DNA of 50,397 bases from Flavobacterium sp. GTDB lineage: Bacteria > Bacteroidota > Bacteroidia > Flavobacteriales > Flavobacteriaceae. The stretch is taken from contig NZ_JBIPPD010000001.1 of the NCBI RefSeq assembly GCF_044368625.1, positions 1-50,397 of the forward strand. Direction: 5' to 3'. Position 1 is the first letter of the stretch; the number at the start of each line of letters is the position of its first letter. Positions 40,258-50,397 of this stretch are shown here, piece after piece. The translations under genes were made by a program, and so were the position numbers. The notes below the pieces were generated by a model that did no database searches, was not told where the DNA came from, and worked only from the letters and a program-made list of their open reading frames with translations.

Positions 40258-41715
40258 TTAATAGCCCGGATTCTGCATCAGTAAGTTACCACTTAAAATA
40301 ATTTCATTTTGTGGAATTGGAAAAACTTCGTGTCTTCCGATGATGAATGTTTTGCCATTGGCAGCCATCGCCGAAAAGGCTTTTCCTGTTCGAACGAGAT
40401 CAAACCATCTGTCGTGTTCCATAGCCATTTCCAATCGGCGTTCTTTGAGCAAGTCGTCCATAGTAATTCCGGTTAAAGCTTGTAATCCAGCACGTTCACG
40501 AATCATGTTTACTTTATCTAATGCCTCGGAAGTGTTACCTAAATTCAATGCAGCTTCTGCTCTTATAAGTAAAATATCGCTGTATTTGAGTATTCTAATG
40601 TTTTTTCCTGGCACTTCTCGGTCGCCGTTCCAGCTTTCGGCAATGGAACTGTGGTACGATTTATAATTGTACCGCGGATTTGACCACCCTGGCGATGAAG
40701 GAAAACCATCCCAAAGGTTTATGTTACTGAACAAGATCGTTGCTGCTTTTCTAGAATCGTTCGGTTCATAAGCGTTGGTAAGACTTAAAGAGGGTGTATT
40801 GAAACCCCAACCCAAATCGGGTGTTCCTCGAGGCGCTTGAACATACGAATACGCTCGAACGGAATTTCCTGGCGAACCTTGGATTTCATAGATTGACTCA
40901 ACCGTATTTTCACCCACTTCTCTCCATACATCTTCGTAATTTTCTAACAATCCGTATTGACCCGATCCAATTACCATTCCTGACATATCAAAAGCTTCTT
41001 GCCATTTGTTTTGGTACAAATATACTTTTGCCAATAAAGCTTGTGCAGCACCTTGCGAAGCGCGGCCCAAATCATTTGGTCCATACTGGCCTTTTAATGG
41101 TAAATCCTGGATGGCGGCTAATAAATCCGTTTCAATCTGAGCATAGGTTTCTTGCTTGGACTTCCGGGTATAAACAACCTGATCAATTAATGCGGCATCG
41201 TTATTGTCAATTTTGATTGCTACGACAGGAACGCCACCAAAACAGCGTACCAAATCAAAATAAAATAATGCTCTTAAAAATTTGGTTTCTGCAATAAGTC
41301 GTTTTTTTAAATTTTCAGCAATTTGCAATTGTTCTAAGTAGAATAAAGCATTATTTGCTCGACCAATTCCGTCGTATCGGCCTTGCCAAATTTCGCGAAA
41401 TGAAATATCCGTTGCGTCAAAAGTCAAATTATCCATTTTATGTTTGTCGGCACCCGTGTCACTCAGCGACGAACCTTTATCTGCATCATCCGAAGTTATA
41501 CTTGTAAGTCCTATCCACGAAAACGAATACATCTCGTAATCCAATTGCTTGTTGTAAACTCCATTGACTAAAGTTATCGCATTATTAGGGTTATTCAAAA
41601 AATCAATTTCATTGAGTGCGTCATTGGGCTCTACAATTAAATCTTCTTCACAAGACGTACATAAAAGTAAGCATAAAGCTACTGAAAATGCGTTTAGATA
41701 TTTTGTGTTTTTCAT
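40258..41715 (-). CDS. RagB/SusD family lipoprotein
   Basis: Lipobox CTSC; FLRALFYFDLVRCFGGVP, ERRLEMAME..RWFDLVR and QNPGY motifs. Confidence 0.95.
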   Translation of the reverse strand: MKNTKYLNAFSVALCLLLCTSCEEDLIVEPNDALNEIDFLNNPNNAITLVNGVYNKQLDYEMYSFSWIGLTSITSDDADKGSSLSDTGADKHKMDNLTFDATDISFREIWQGRYDGIGRANNALFYLEQLQIAENLKKRLIAETKFLRALFYFDLVRCFGGVPVVAIKIDNNDAALIDQVVYTRKSKQETYAQIETDLLAAIQDLPLKGQYGPNDLGRASQGAAQALLAKVYLYQNKWQEAFDMSGMVIGSGQYGLLENYEDVWREVGENTVESIYEIQGSPGNSVRAYSYVQAPRGTPDLGWGFNTPSLSLTNAYEPNDSRKAATILFSNINLWDGFPSSPGWSNPRYNYKSYHSSIAESWNGDREVPGKNIRILKYSDILLIRAEAALNLGNTSEALDKVNMIRERAGLQALTGITMDDLLKERRLEMAMEHDRWFDLVRTGKAFSAMAANGKTFIIGRHEVFPIPQNEIILSGNLLMQNPGY

Positions 41716-41725
41716 GATTATCATT

Positions 41726-44695
41726 TTAAAAGCTAGCATTTAAACCAATTAAAAAAGTTCTGTTGGTAGGATAAGCATCCAATTCGATTCCGGCACCACC
41801 AAGAGGGGCACCTGTAACTTCTGGCGAAAATCCTGAATATTTTGTAAAAAGTAACGGATTGAGTGCTGTTACAAAAAGACGTACGTTATCTACCTTTTCG
41901 TAAAACTTCTTGAAGGTATACCCTACAGTAATGTTATTTATTCTCAGAAAATCCCCATCCTCTATAAAATAAGTTGATGGTCTTGGAACGTCGTTAGATG
42001 GTTTAGGGTTGGCTGCATTTGGATTATTTGGCGACCAGAAATTCTCTAAAACAGCCACTTCAATATTTTCGCCACCAAAACGCTGTGCTTTTTTTCCGTT
42101 AAAAATTTTATTTCCACCCACGCCGTAGGTATCGACAGAAAAATCAAATTGTCTATAATTTCCACCAAAACTGATACCATACGTATACGTAGGAATGTAG
42201 CTTCCAGCACTCACACGTTCGTCACTGTAGGTAAATCCACCATCACTGTTAAAACCAGTCACTTCATAAACATAAAAAGTTCCCAAAGGTTGACCCACTT
42301 GCACTTGCTTGGTGAATTCGCCATTACTCAATCCTCCACCAATAAAAGTGGAGAAAAATTTATTATCTACTTTCTCTAATCGGTTACGGTTGTTAGAGAA
42401 ATTTCCGCTGATGAAATACGAAAAACTATCGGTTATTTTATCACTCCATCGAAGTGCAAGTTCTTGCCCAACGTTACTCACTTGACCTGTATTGACAACA
42501 ACAGAACCTGCTGAAATAACTCGTGGCAAACTGATAGGCAGAATAATATCAGAAGAAACTCGGTTGTAATACTCCAAAGAACCGGTTAAACGTTTATTGA
42601 ATAAAGAAAAATCAAAACCAATGTCAAATTCTCTCATGGTTTCCCAGGTTAAATTTGGATCTACTTGATACGGCACAACAGAACCAGGTTGCACAACGGC
42701 AGGATCACCGAAAGTATAATTAGCACCTGCATTGAATACAATATTATTAGTTGAATTGCCAGAAATACCATTTCCAACCTCGCCATAACCTGCTCTAAAC
42801 TTGAGGTAATCTAGGGTTTTAATATTTTCGAAAAAAGATTCATCACTAATTACCCAACCTGCAGAAACAGCGGGAAACAGTGCCCAATTTTTACCGCTAA
42901 GAAAAGTACTTGTTCCTTCTCGACGTAAAACAGCTGAAAACAGATACTTCCCTTTAAAATCATATTCGGCTCTCGCAAAATAAGCAATAGAAACAATTGG
43001 TGTGGATTGTGAGTTTTGTACAACACGACCTGGTAAAAATTCGTCGTTATAGGTAGATAAATCAAGTGACCAATAATTAGATTGGACTGGAACGTTAAAA
43101 CGCGTTCCTGAAAGATTACTAGAAATATTTCGAGTGGTTCTGGACATTCCTCCGAGAAACGTTATCGAGTGTTCATCAAAGCGTTTTGTGTAGGTCATAA
43201 AATTATCCCAGTTCCAATTATACCCATCAGAACGTCTTTGAGTTAGGGAGTTGTATTGAGGCGTATTTGCACCAAAAGTATCTTCATAATCCGATATGTC
43301 ACTAGTAGGATTTTGAGATAAAAAAATATTTGCAATCGGGTTAAAAGAAAAACTTTTATTTACATCATAAGTGGCACCAAAGGAGGAAGTAAATTTAATA
43401 TCATCAGTGATTTTTAATTCTGCCATTACAGAACCTAGAATGCTTAAATTTCTGTTTTGTTCGTTGGTATAAAACAATTGTGCAGCAGGATTGGCTACAT
43501 TATTAAAACGATCAATACCGTTGATGTCTATCAGTCCTGTATCTGGGTTTCTCAAAGGCACTCCCCAGCGACCGTTCTCAAATTTTACAGGAACGAGAGG
43601 CGATTGCTTGTAAGCATTTGTAAAGGCACTTAACGGTTTTTGTGTTCCTCTGGTAATGGCCAAATTCAGGTTTTGAGAAATTTTGAGTCTTCCATCAAGC
43701 ACCTTGAATTCTGTTCTGGAATTAATATTGTTTCGATTAAACTCTGACCCTCTCAAAATACCTTTTTCCAAGTAATTTGTATAACCTATGTAATACTTTG
43801 CCGTTTCATTACCACCGGACAATGAAATAAAATTACTAGCCGTTTGGCCTAAAGTTGTAATTTCGTCCAACCAATTAACATTGTTGGGCTGATTGGGATT
43901 TAAATACGTCGCTGACCCTATCGCAACATTATTATAATAGGCATATAAAGCTGCATCACCCATTTCGACTGTTCTTTGGATTTGCTTTATACCATAATAA
44001 CTATCATAAGAAAGTTTTGCTTTGCCTATTTTTCCTTTTTTGGTAGTAACTATTACAACTCCGTTTGCACCTTTCTGACCATAAATGGCCAGCGAAGAAG
44101 CATCTTTAAGAATGTCTAAAGTTTCAATTTCATTTGGACTCAGATTACTTATTCCAGAAGCTTCGACGCCGTCAATAATAAAAAGCGAGATTGCACCACC
44201 TAAAAGGGTACCCAAACCTCTGATTTGTAACGTTGGATTTGCTCCAGGTTCATCATTAGTAACGATATTTACACCAGCAGCACGACCTTGTATGGATTGT
44301 ATTGCTGATTGTGCAGGTGTTTTCAAAATCTCTGCCGTTTTAATTTGTACAACGGATCCCGTAATTGCACCTTTTTTTCTACTTCCATATCCAATTACCA
44401 CTACATCTTCCAATTCAGTTGCTGGAGCTTTGTCCAAAAAAACAACAATATTGTTTGATGCTTGAATCGTTTTGGTTACAAAATTGGTTGCAGTAACTTG
44501 CAAATCTGTTCCCTCTACAGCGGCAATTGTAAAGGTACCGTCTAAATCAGTTAGTACCGATGCATTTGTATTTGTATTCAGTACAAAAGCATCTGGGATT
44601 GGAACTCCGCTATTATTCAAAATGGTTCCTTTAATAGTCTGTGCATTGCTAGAGACAGACACTATAATTGCGAATAAGAAAAAACAAATTTTCAT
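41726..44695 (-). CDS. SusC/RagA TonB-dependent transporter
   Basis: VVVIGYG, ILKDASSLAIYG..GANGVVIVTTK, LTWE; ends GLNASF. Confidence 0.97.
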   Translation of the reverse strand: MKICFFLFAIIVSVSSNAQTIKGTILNNSGVPIPDAFVLNTNTNASVLTDLDGTFTIAAVEGTDLQVTATNFVTKTIQASNNIVVFLDKAPATELEDVVVIGYGSRKKGAITGSVVQIKTAEILKTPAQSAIQSIQGRAAGVNIVTNDEPGANPTLQIRGLGTLLGGAISLFIIDGVEASGISNLSPNEIETLDILKDASSLAIYGQKGANGVVIVTTKKGKIGKAKLSYDSYYGIKQIQRTVEMGDAALYAYYNNVAIGSATYLNPNQPNNVNWLDEITTLGQTASNFISLSGGNETAKYYIGYTNYLEKGILRGSEFNRNNINSRTEFKVLDGRLKISQNLNLAITRGTQKPLSAFTNAYKQSPLVPVKFENGRWGVPLRNPDTGLIDINGIDRFNNVANPAAQLFYTNEQNRNLSILGSVMAELKITDDIKFTSSFGATYDVNKSFSFNPIANIFLSQNPTSDISDYEDTFGANTPQYNSLTQRRSDGYNWNWDNFMTYTKRFDEHSITFLGGMSRTTRNISSNLSGTRFNVPVQSNYWSLDLSTYNDEFLPGRVVQNSQSTPIVSIAYFARAEYDFKGKYLFSAVLRREGTSTFLSGKNWALFPAVSAGWVISDESFFENIKTLDYLKFRAGYGEVGNGISGNSTNNIVFNAGANYTFGDPAVVQPGSVVPYQVDPNLTWETMREFDIGFDFSLFNKRLTGSLEYYNRVSSDIILPISLPRVISAGSVVVNTGQVSNVGQELALRWSDKITDSFSYFISGNFSNNRNRLEKVDNKFFSTFIGGGLSNGEFTKQVQVGQPLGTFYVYEVTGFNSDGGFTYSDERVSAGSYIPTYTYGISFGGNYRQFDFSVDTYGVGGNKIFNGKKAQRFGGENIEVAVLENFWSPNNPNAANPKPSNDVPRPSTYFIEDGDFLRINNITVGYTFKKFYEKVDNVRLFVTALNPLLFTKYSGFSPEVTGAPLGGAGIELDAYPTNRTFLIGLNASF

Positions 44696-44764
44696 AGGTC
44701 GTTTGATTTATAGTGCTAAGGTATGCAATTACAACGATATAGTTGTGGCAAAAAAAGTAATCAA

Positions 44765-44878
44765 TAGTACATCAAAAAGTAAAAATAATATTTTAATGCA
44801 TTGATTTACAATACTTTAAAATATAAAAAATTAAAAAAACCACAGCATTAAATAGAGCTTTGATGTAGTAGTGATGTG
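44765..44878. promoter_or_regulatory. Repeated ACATCA boxes upstream of susC (candidate regulator sites)
   Basis: TGATGTA 44861-67 and TGATGTG 44872-78 (11-bp period), plus inverted TACATCA 44768-74. Confidence 0.45.
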
Positions 44879-44937
44879 CTATAATTATTTGAATAAATAA
44901 CCAAAAATTTACTGAATATAAATTTATACTCGAAAAT

Positions 44938-47679
44938 TTATATATTAATCATAAAGTTACTTAAATTTTCATCTTTAGAAATGTTTAGTTTTTTGCGAAG
45001 TCGGTAACGATGTAATTCTACGCCGCGGTACGAAATATTCATCAACGGAGCAATCTCTTTAGAGGCCAAATTCATCCTAAGAAAAATACACAGTTTAATA
45101 TCTTTTGAGGTCAAATGCGAATAAGTTTGCGTAAGTTTATGAACAAAATCTTCATGACTTTTCATTAGGTTTTTTTCAAAATTTTGCCATTCATTTTTAT
45201 TTATAGAATTACTTTTAATCGCTTTTTTGATTTTGGATTTAAGTTGAGTTGAGTCATTTTCACTGTTCAAAATCGTTTCGATACTCTCAATCATTTCCGA
45301 TTGTTTGGCTATGGACAATGATTTTCCAGCCACTTCCGAGGCTTTTGTTTGGACTTGGATTTCTAGAATATGCTTTTCATACTCCTGCATTTTTAACTTA
45401 TTTATCGTTTCAGTTTTTATTTGTTCAATTTGATTTAAATGATTGATTTCCTCTTCAATTCGTTTTAATTTCTCTGTGTACCTAATTTTGGTCCATCTGT
45501 AATACAAATAAAACACAATCACAATCAGTACAATATATATCATAATCATCCAAAACGATAGATACCACGGATTGGTTACTGAAAATTTATATTTAGTTAC
45601 TTCATTATATTTATTTCCGTCAAAATAGTACAGCGACACTTGCTGCTTTCCACTTGATAAATTATTTAGCACTATCCTGTTATTTTCAACTATTACAAAT
45701 TCAGAATTATTATTTAGTTTATAAAACAATCGCGGACTGTTAAATCCGAATTTTTCAGAAATTAAATGAAGTTCCAAACTCTCATTATATTTTATAAGCG
45801 AGGTATCGGTTAGCATTTTATTATGATAAAATCCCTCAACCTTAATATCATTAACAGAAATTTCAGCGTTGGATAAATTTACTTTCAAAAATCCATCGTC
45901 CAAATTTAAAAGCAGTGATTGCGCTATTTTTATAACCTTCGTATCTTGATTGAGGATTTTTCCTTCATAGTACTTTTGAGGAATAACCTTCCAATAAAAT
46001 GTGGCATTCTTAAACTGAATCAGGTATAATGTATTGTCTTTAATAACAATAAAATTCTTCTCATCAACAGGAATTATATCAGAGATTGCCTTAAAATGCT
46101 GATTGAATAGATTACTTTTTTCTAATTTTTCAGTGAGCGAATTGTATTGATACCATTCCATATTGATATAAAAAAACAATTCGTTTTTAAAATTGAAAAT
46201 TTTTACTCCAAAGTCGTTGATTAATCTATTTTTTTGAGAAATATTTTCGACCGTATTAGTCCTAAAATCATCTGAAAATGCTATTTTGAATAAACTTCGG
46301 TAATTGTCGACAGCCCAAATTTCTTTCGCCTTGTTTTGAGCTATATTTTTAATGGGGTTGTTGATGTTTGAGACACGATCAAATTTTTGCAAATTCATGG
46401 GATCGGTGTACATGATAATCCCTGAATAATTGGATTGGTAATACCTGTTGTCCGTTACACTGTTAAAAAGTTTCCAGCCGCCACTTACATCATTTACTTT
46501 TATATAAGCACCGTTTTCGTACTTAAAAGTCCCGTCGTTGTGACCAATAATAAACTGATTCCCCACTTTTTGAATGTCCCAAACTTGTCCTTGCGAATTG
46601 GGAATAGTAGTCAAAATCTTGTTTTGCCATTCAAAAACACCATGATTGGTTCCTAACAAATACCCCGATTCCTTCGGTTGCAATGCATAAACGGAACCCA
46701 ATAAACCTGTATTATCTGTAAAAATTGAAATGGGAGAATTAATTTCGATATGGGCAATTCCATTATCCAAACCCAACCAAACATTTTCTTCTTTATCAAC
46801 TGTTATCGACAATACCGAATTGTTATTTAATGCATTACCCCTATTGATATTTGTGATTTTTTTGGTTTTCGTTTGCACCACATAAGCGCCTTGTAAAGCC
46901 GTACCAATTACTAAAGTGGAATCATTGATACTTTTCGCAGTTATGATGGTTTCTTTCTTGAGAGCTGCATTTAAATCGGTATTCCAAGGAAATAGTATAC
47001 CATTTTTCTCAACAAAAACGCCGTCCTTTTGGGTAAAAATGTAAAGACTTCCATCGTGCGGCTCCATCCCATGAATGATTTTATTTTCTAAAATAGACCA
47101 CTTTAGCTTTTTCTGAAACTTCTTATTTTTAAATTCAAAAAGCCCCTCCTTTATAGAAGCTGCATAGATAGTACCTTCATTTTGAAAGCAATACGATATT
47201 TGAAAAGGAAATCGTACTTTTTCAATTTTAGTACCATCATAAATGAACAATTCATTAAAAGACTGGAAATAAATGAGGTTACCATTTTTGAATATCTTCC
47301 AAATTTCCTCATTATTAGAATCACCTGTAAATAGGTTTTTATTCTTGCTTAGTGAAGTGTAAACCATTTGGCCTTTTTTTCGTTGCCAAAATCCAAATTC
47401 AGTGTAAGATCCCGTGTAAATTTTACTTCCATCAACAAAAAGAGAGCGAATAATGGTTTTGTTCGGCAATGCATATTTTTCCCAAATCACTCCATTGTAA
47501 CGCACCAAAAACCGATTGTTAGCAAAGTACATTGCCGCATCGTTTCCTTGGGCAACGGACCAATTCTGGTTGTCGCCTCTGTAATCTGCTTTTGAATAGT
47601 TTTTAACAAATGGTAGAAGTTCCTGACCGTAACTGTTGATTTGTAAAACTAAAATAACTATGCAAAGTACTTTTTTCAT
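44938..47679 (-). CDS. Membrane-spanning one-component regulator: beta-propeller + YYY-like domain + TM + LuxR-type HTH
   Basis: NQNWSV, VWLGLDNGI, PWYLS-TM; LTSKDIKLC..SKEIAPLMNISYRGVELHRYRLRKKL; no kinase motifs. Confidence 0.9.
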   Translation of the reverse strand: MKKVLCIVILVLQINSYGQELLPFVKNYSKADYRGDNQNWSVAQGNDAAMYFANNRFLVRYNGVIWEKYALPNKTIIRSLFVDGSKIYTGSYTEFGFWQRKKGQMVYTSLSKNKNLFTGDSNNEEIWKIFKNGNLIYFQSFNELFIYDGTKIEKVRFPFQISYCFQNEGTIYAASIKEGLFEFKNKKFQKKLKWSILENKIIHGMEPHDGSLYIFTQKDGVFVEKNGILFPWNTDLNAALKKETIITAKSINDSTLVIGTALQGAYVVQTKTKKITNINRGNALNNNSVLSITVDKEENVWLGLDNGIAHIEINSPISIFTDNTGLLGSVYALQPKESGYLLGTNHGVFEWQNKILTTIPNSQGQVWDIQKVGNQFIIGHNDGTFKYENGAYIKVNDVSGGWKLFNSVTDNRYYQSNYSGIIMYTDPMNLQKFDRVSNINNPIKNIAQNKAKEIWAVDNYRSLFKIAFSDDFRTNTVENISQKNRLINDFGVKIFNFKNELFFYINMEWYQYNSLTEKLEKSNLFNQHFKAISDIIPVDEKNFIVIKDNTLYLIQFKNATFYWKVIPQKYYEGKILNQDTKVIKIAQSLLLNLDDGFLKVNLSNAEISVNDIKVEGFYHNKMLTDTSLIKYNESLELHLISEKFGFNSPRLFYKLNNNSEFVIVENNRIVLNNLSSGKQQVSLYYFDGNKYNEVTKYKFSVTNPWYLSFWMIMIYIVLIVIVFYLYYRWTKIRYTEKLKRIEEEINHLNQIEQIKTETINKLKMQEYEKHILEIQVQTKASEVAGKSLSIAKQSEMIESIETILNSENDSTQLKSKIKKAIKSNSINKNEWQNFEKNLMKSHEDFVHKLTQTYSHLTSKDIKLCIFLRMNLASKEIAPLMNISYRGVELHRYRLRKKLNISKDENLSNFMINI

Positions 47680-47911
47680 AACGCTTTTAAAATTCAAAAG
47701 TAAAGAAAGAAAGTTTAAGATGTTGATTAAAATTTTTAAGCAAATATAATTGTAAAAAAATGCATCTATCCCTATTTAGTTCGGCGAAAAAAAATTGCAA
47801 CAGGCAGATGACAATTTCGACAATTTGAAATTTCAGCATTGATAATTTATATCATATTCGCATAATATTACTTTGTAAATTATATTATTTTGATATAGTT
47901 ACATATAAAAC

Positions 47912-47919
47912 TACCTTTG
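47912..47919 (+). promoter_or_regulatory. Primary-sigma -7 box for sdaA
   Basis: TACCTTTG, 18 nt before ATG 47938. Confidence 0.65.
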
Positions 47920-47937
47920 CTCTATAAATTAGAGAAT

Positions 47938-49362
47938 ATGGAAGAGTGTATTTCTGTTTTTGACATGCTTAAAATAGGTGTTGGTCCATCAAGTTCACAT
48001 ACCCTCGGACCTTGGCGGGGTGCCGAGCGCTTTCTAGCAGAACTTGACAATGAGCAACTACTGGATAAAACTACAAAAGTGGTCGTTAATTTGTACGGCT
48101 CACTTTCGTTAACAGGAAAAGGCCATGCAACCGATTTGGCCGTGATGTTGGGTCTGAGCGGTCAAGATCCTGAGTACATCCCCATCGAAAATATTGATTT
48201 AATCATACAATCCATCAACAAAACGAAGCAATTAAATTTGAATCAACAAAAAATAATTGCATTTGACGCTACCACTGATATCGTTTTCAACAAAGAATTC
48301 TTGCCGTTTCATGCCAACGGTTTTAGCTTTACGGCTCATACAGAGGTTAGAGAATATACTTCAACATTTTATTCTATTGGTGGCGGATTTGTTGTAAAAG
48401 AAGAACGCAGCAACGCCAAAGAGAAACTGCAGTTTAAATGTGCCTTTCCCTACATGATTGATAATGCAGTTCAATTGTTGGAATATACCACAGTCGAAAA
48501 TAAATCTATTTCGGAAATCGTATATGAGAACGAAAAATCAATGCGAACAGAAGAAAAAATCAATTCAGAATTGTTGCGGGTTTGGCACACAATGCTTGAA
48601 TGTATGTATATTGGTTGTCACTCAGAAGGAATTTTACCTGGTGGTTTAAATGTACGAAGACGTGCTTTTGACATGCATCAAAATTTGATAGGTCTAGCCA
48701 ATTATAACAATCCGCAAGAATGGTTGGAATGCATCCGTCACACCGAAGTTAAATTCAGACAAATTTTAAAATGGGTAAGCTGTTTTGCCCTTGCGGTAAA
48801 TGAAGTTAATGCTGCTTTAGGACGTGTGGTTACCGCTCCTACCAACGGAAGTGCAGGCGTGATTCCAGCGGTTTTAATGTATTATTTGTGTATCGAAAAC
48901 CACAATGCTGGAGAAAAAGAAATCAAGCAGTTTTTACTCGTAGCTGGAGAAATAGGAAGTTTGTTCAAGCAAGGTGCTACCATTTCTGCCGCAATGGGTG
49001 GCTGTCAGGCCGAAATTGGTGTTTCCTCGGCAATGGCTGCTGCTGCTTTGTGCGAATTAATGGGCGGAACTCCAGAACAAGTATTGATGGCTGCCGAAAT
49101 TGCAATGGAACACCATCTGGGTTTAACTTGTGACCCAATTGCAGGTTTAGTTCAAATTCCATGTATTGAACGAAATACAATGGGTGCAATCAAGGCTATT
49201 AACGCCGCCGAACTTGCCCTAGAAACAGATGCTAAAAATGCGAAAGTACCCTTAGACAAAGTTATTTCGACGATGTGGCAAACTGCAAAAGACATGAACA
49301 CCAAATACAAAGAAACGTCGGAAGGCGGCTTGGCCGTAAGTGTGAATATGGCAGATTGTTAA
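47938..49362 (+). CDS. sdaA: L-serine ammonia-lyase (Fe-S)
   Basis: [29 protein letters not shown] and [15 protein letters not shown] motifs. Confidence 0.95.
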   Translation: MEECISVFDMLKIGVGPSSSHTLGPWRGAERFLAELDNEQLLDKTTKVVVNLYGSLSLTGKGHATDLAVMLGLSGQDPEYIPIENIDLIIQSINKTKQLNLNQQKIIAFDATTDIVFNKEFLPFHANGFSFTAHTEVREYTSTFYSIGGGFVVKEERSNAKEKLQFKCAFPYMIDNAVQLLEYTTVENKSISEIVYENEKSMRTEEKINSELLRVWHTMLECMYIGCHSEGILPGGLNVRRRAFDMHQNLIGLANYNNPQEWLECIRHTEVKFRQILKWVSCFALAVNEVNAALGRVVTAPTNGSAGVIPAVLMYYLCIENHNAGEKEIKQFLLVAGEIGSLFKQGATISAAMGGCQAEIGVSSAMAAAALCELMGGTPEQVLMAAEIAMEHHLGLTCDPIAGLVQIPCIERNTMGAIKAINAAELALETDAKNAKVPLDKVISTMWQTAKDMNTKYKETSEGGLAVSVNMADC

Positions 49363-49384
49363 TGCTACACTTAATCAACATTTT

Positions 49385-49427
49385 AAAATCCAGTTTATCA
49401 ATTTAAATTTGAACTGGATTTTTTTTT
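49385..49427 (+). terminator. Intrinsic terminator of sdaA
   Basis: AAAATCCAGTT / AACTGGATTTT stem plus T-run. Confidence 0.8.
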
Positions 49428-49644
49428 GAGTTTTGGTAGAAAAATTCCAAAAAAGTTTGCAATGAAATTCATAACTTTTTTAATGCAAATTTCAATAAAA
49501 AGTACTCCTATTACAGAGTAAATTGCTTTTCTCCCTTTTATGAGGGCTAAATAATTTATATTAGATTGCACTATTTTCTTTATCACATGAATTGCACTAA
49601 CACAAAAAGTAATTTAGTATTTTTACATCCTTAAAAAAAGAACC

Positions 49645-50397
49645 ATGTCAGTAGCTAAAAAAGATTACAAGCGAATTACGACCAAATCATTGATTGAAAT
49701 GAAGGCAAATGGAGAAAAAATTTCCATGTTAACGGCATACGATTTTACGATGGCAAAAATAGTCGACTCAGCTGGAGTGGATGTAATTTTAGTGGGGGAT
49801 TCAGCGTCAAATGTAATGGCGGGTCACGAAACAACTTTGCCTATTACATTAGATCAGATGATTTATCACGCTTCAGGCGTGGTTCGAGGTACCTCGCGTG
49901 CCCTAGTAGTTGTCGACTTGCCTTTTGGTAGTTATCAATCGGATTCGAAAGAAGCGCTTCGTTCTTCCATTCGAATTATGAAAGAAAGCGGTGGACACGC
50001 AGTGAAAATGGAAGGTGGAAGTGAAATCAAAGATTCGATAAAAAAAATATTGAATGCCGGAATTCCGGTAATGGGACATTTGGGATTAACGCCGCAATCC
50101 ATCTACAAATTCGGGACTTATACTGTTCGAGCCAAAGAAGATGCCGAAGCAGAAAAATTAATAGAAGATGCTAAAATGCTGGAACGCATTGGATGTTTTG
50201 CCTTAGTTCTTGAAAAAATTCCTGCACAACTCGCACAAAAAGTAGCCGAAAGCATTTCAATTCCGGTAATCGGTATTGGAGCTGGAGGTGGTGTTGACGG
50301 CCAAGTTTTAGTAATTCACGATATGTTGGGAATGAATAACGAATTCAGTCCGCGTTTTCTGAGAAGATACTTGGATTTATATGATCAAATGACTGCT
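49645..50397 (+). CDS. panB: 3-methyl-2-oxobutanoate hydroxymethyltransferase (runs off window; absent from ORF track)
   Basis: Hand translation: [52 protein letters not shown]. Confidence 0.95.
   Translation, partial: MSVAKKDYKRITTKSLIEMKANGEKISMLTAYDFTMAKIVDSAGVDVILVGDSASNVMAGHETTLPITLDQMIYHASGVVRGTSRALVVVDLPFGSYQSDSKEALRSSIRIMKESGGHAVKMEGGSEIKDSIKKILNAGIPVMGHLGLTPQSIYKFGTYTVRAKEDAEAEKLIEDAKMLERIGCFALVLEKIPAQLAQKVAESISIPVIGIGAGGGVDGQVLVIHDMLGMNNEFSPRFLRRYLDLYDQMTA

Noticed and set aside
1175-49586. Many short ORFs overlapping longer genes (e.g. 1175-1402, 11615-11995, 33394-33867, 36073-36501, 44085-44465)
   Set aside because: Antisense or alternate-frame shadows of well-supported genes, with no motifs of their own.

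Overview
AT-rich Flavobacterium-like (Bacteroidota) chromosomal window. The assignment rests on a SusC/SusD pair, TAnnTTTG promoter boxes and a tmRNA with tag GEDNYALAA. Core genes include a SUI1 factor, nucleoside phosphorylase, ung, pepD, an ECF sigma factor, an acyltransferase, a Nudix hydrolase, an MFS sugar transporter, ssrA, sdaA and a partial panB. A probable beta-1,2-glucan utilisation locus occupies 32.6-47.7 kb; its last gene (GH43) has an in-frame stop. A TPR-adenylate cyclase/HD/YitT operon carries three lesions in the cyclase. Several palindromic intergenic repeats are present, including a 157-bp tandem array at the left edge. The best candidate for an undescribed system is 4.4-9.0 kb. 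There, a four-gene operon encodes an exported protein ending in NHGTLVPP, a 7-TM protein, a sensor-less histidine kinase and a NarL/LuxR regulator. It is divergent from two Cys-rich secreted-protein genes, each preceded about 20 nt upstream by the same covarying GAA/AGUA hairpin. No integrase, transposase, CRISPR, rRNA or tRNA was found. All family calls come from motif recognition by eye, not database searches.
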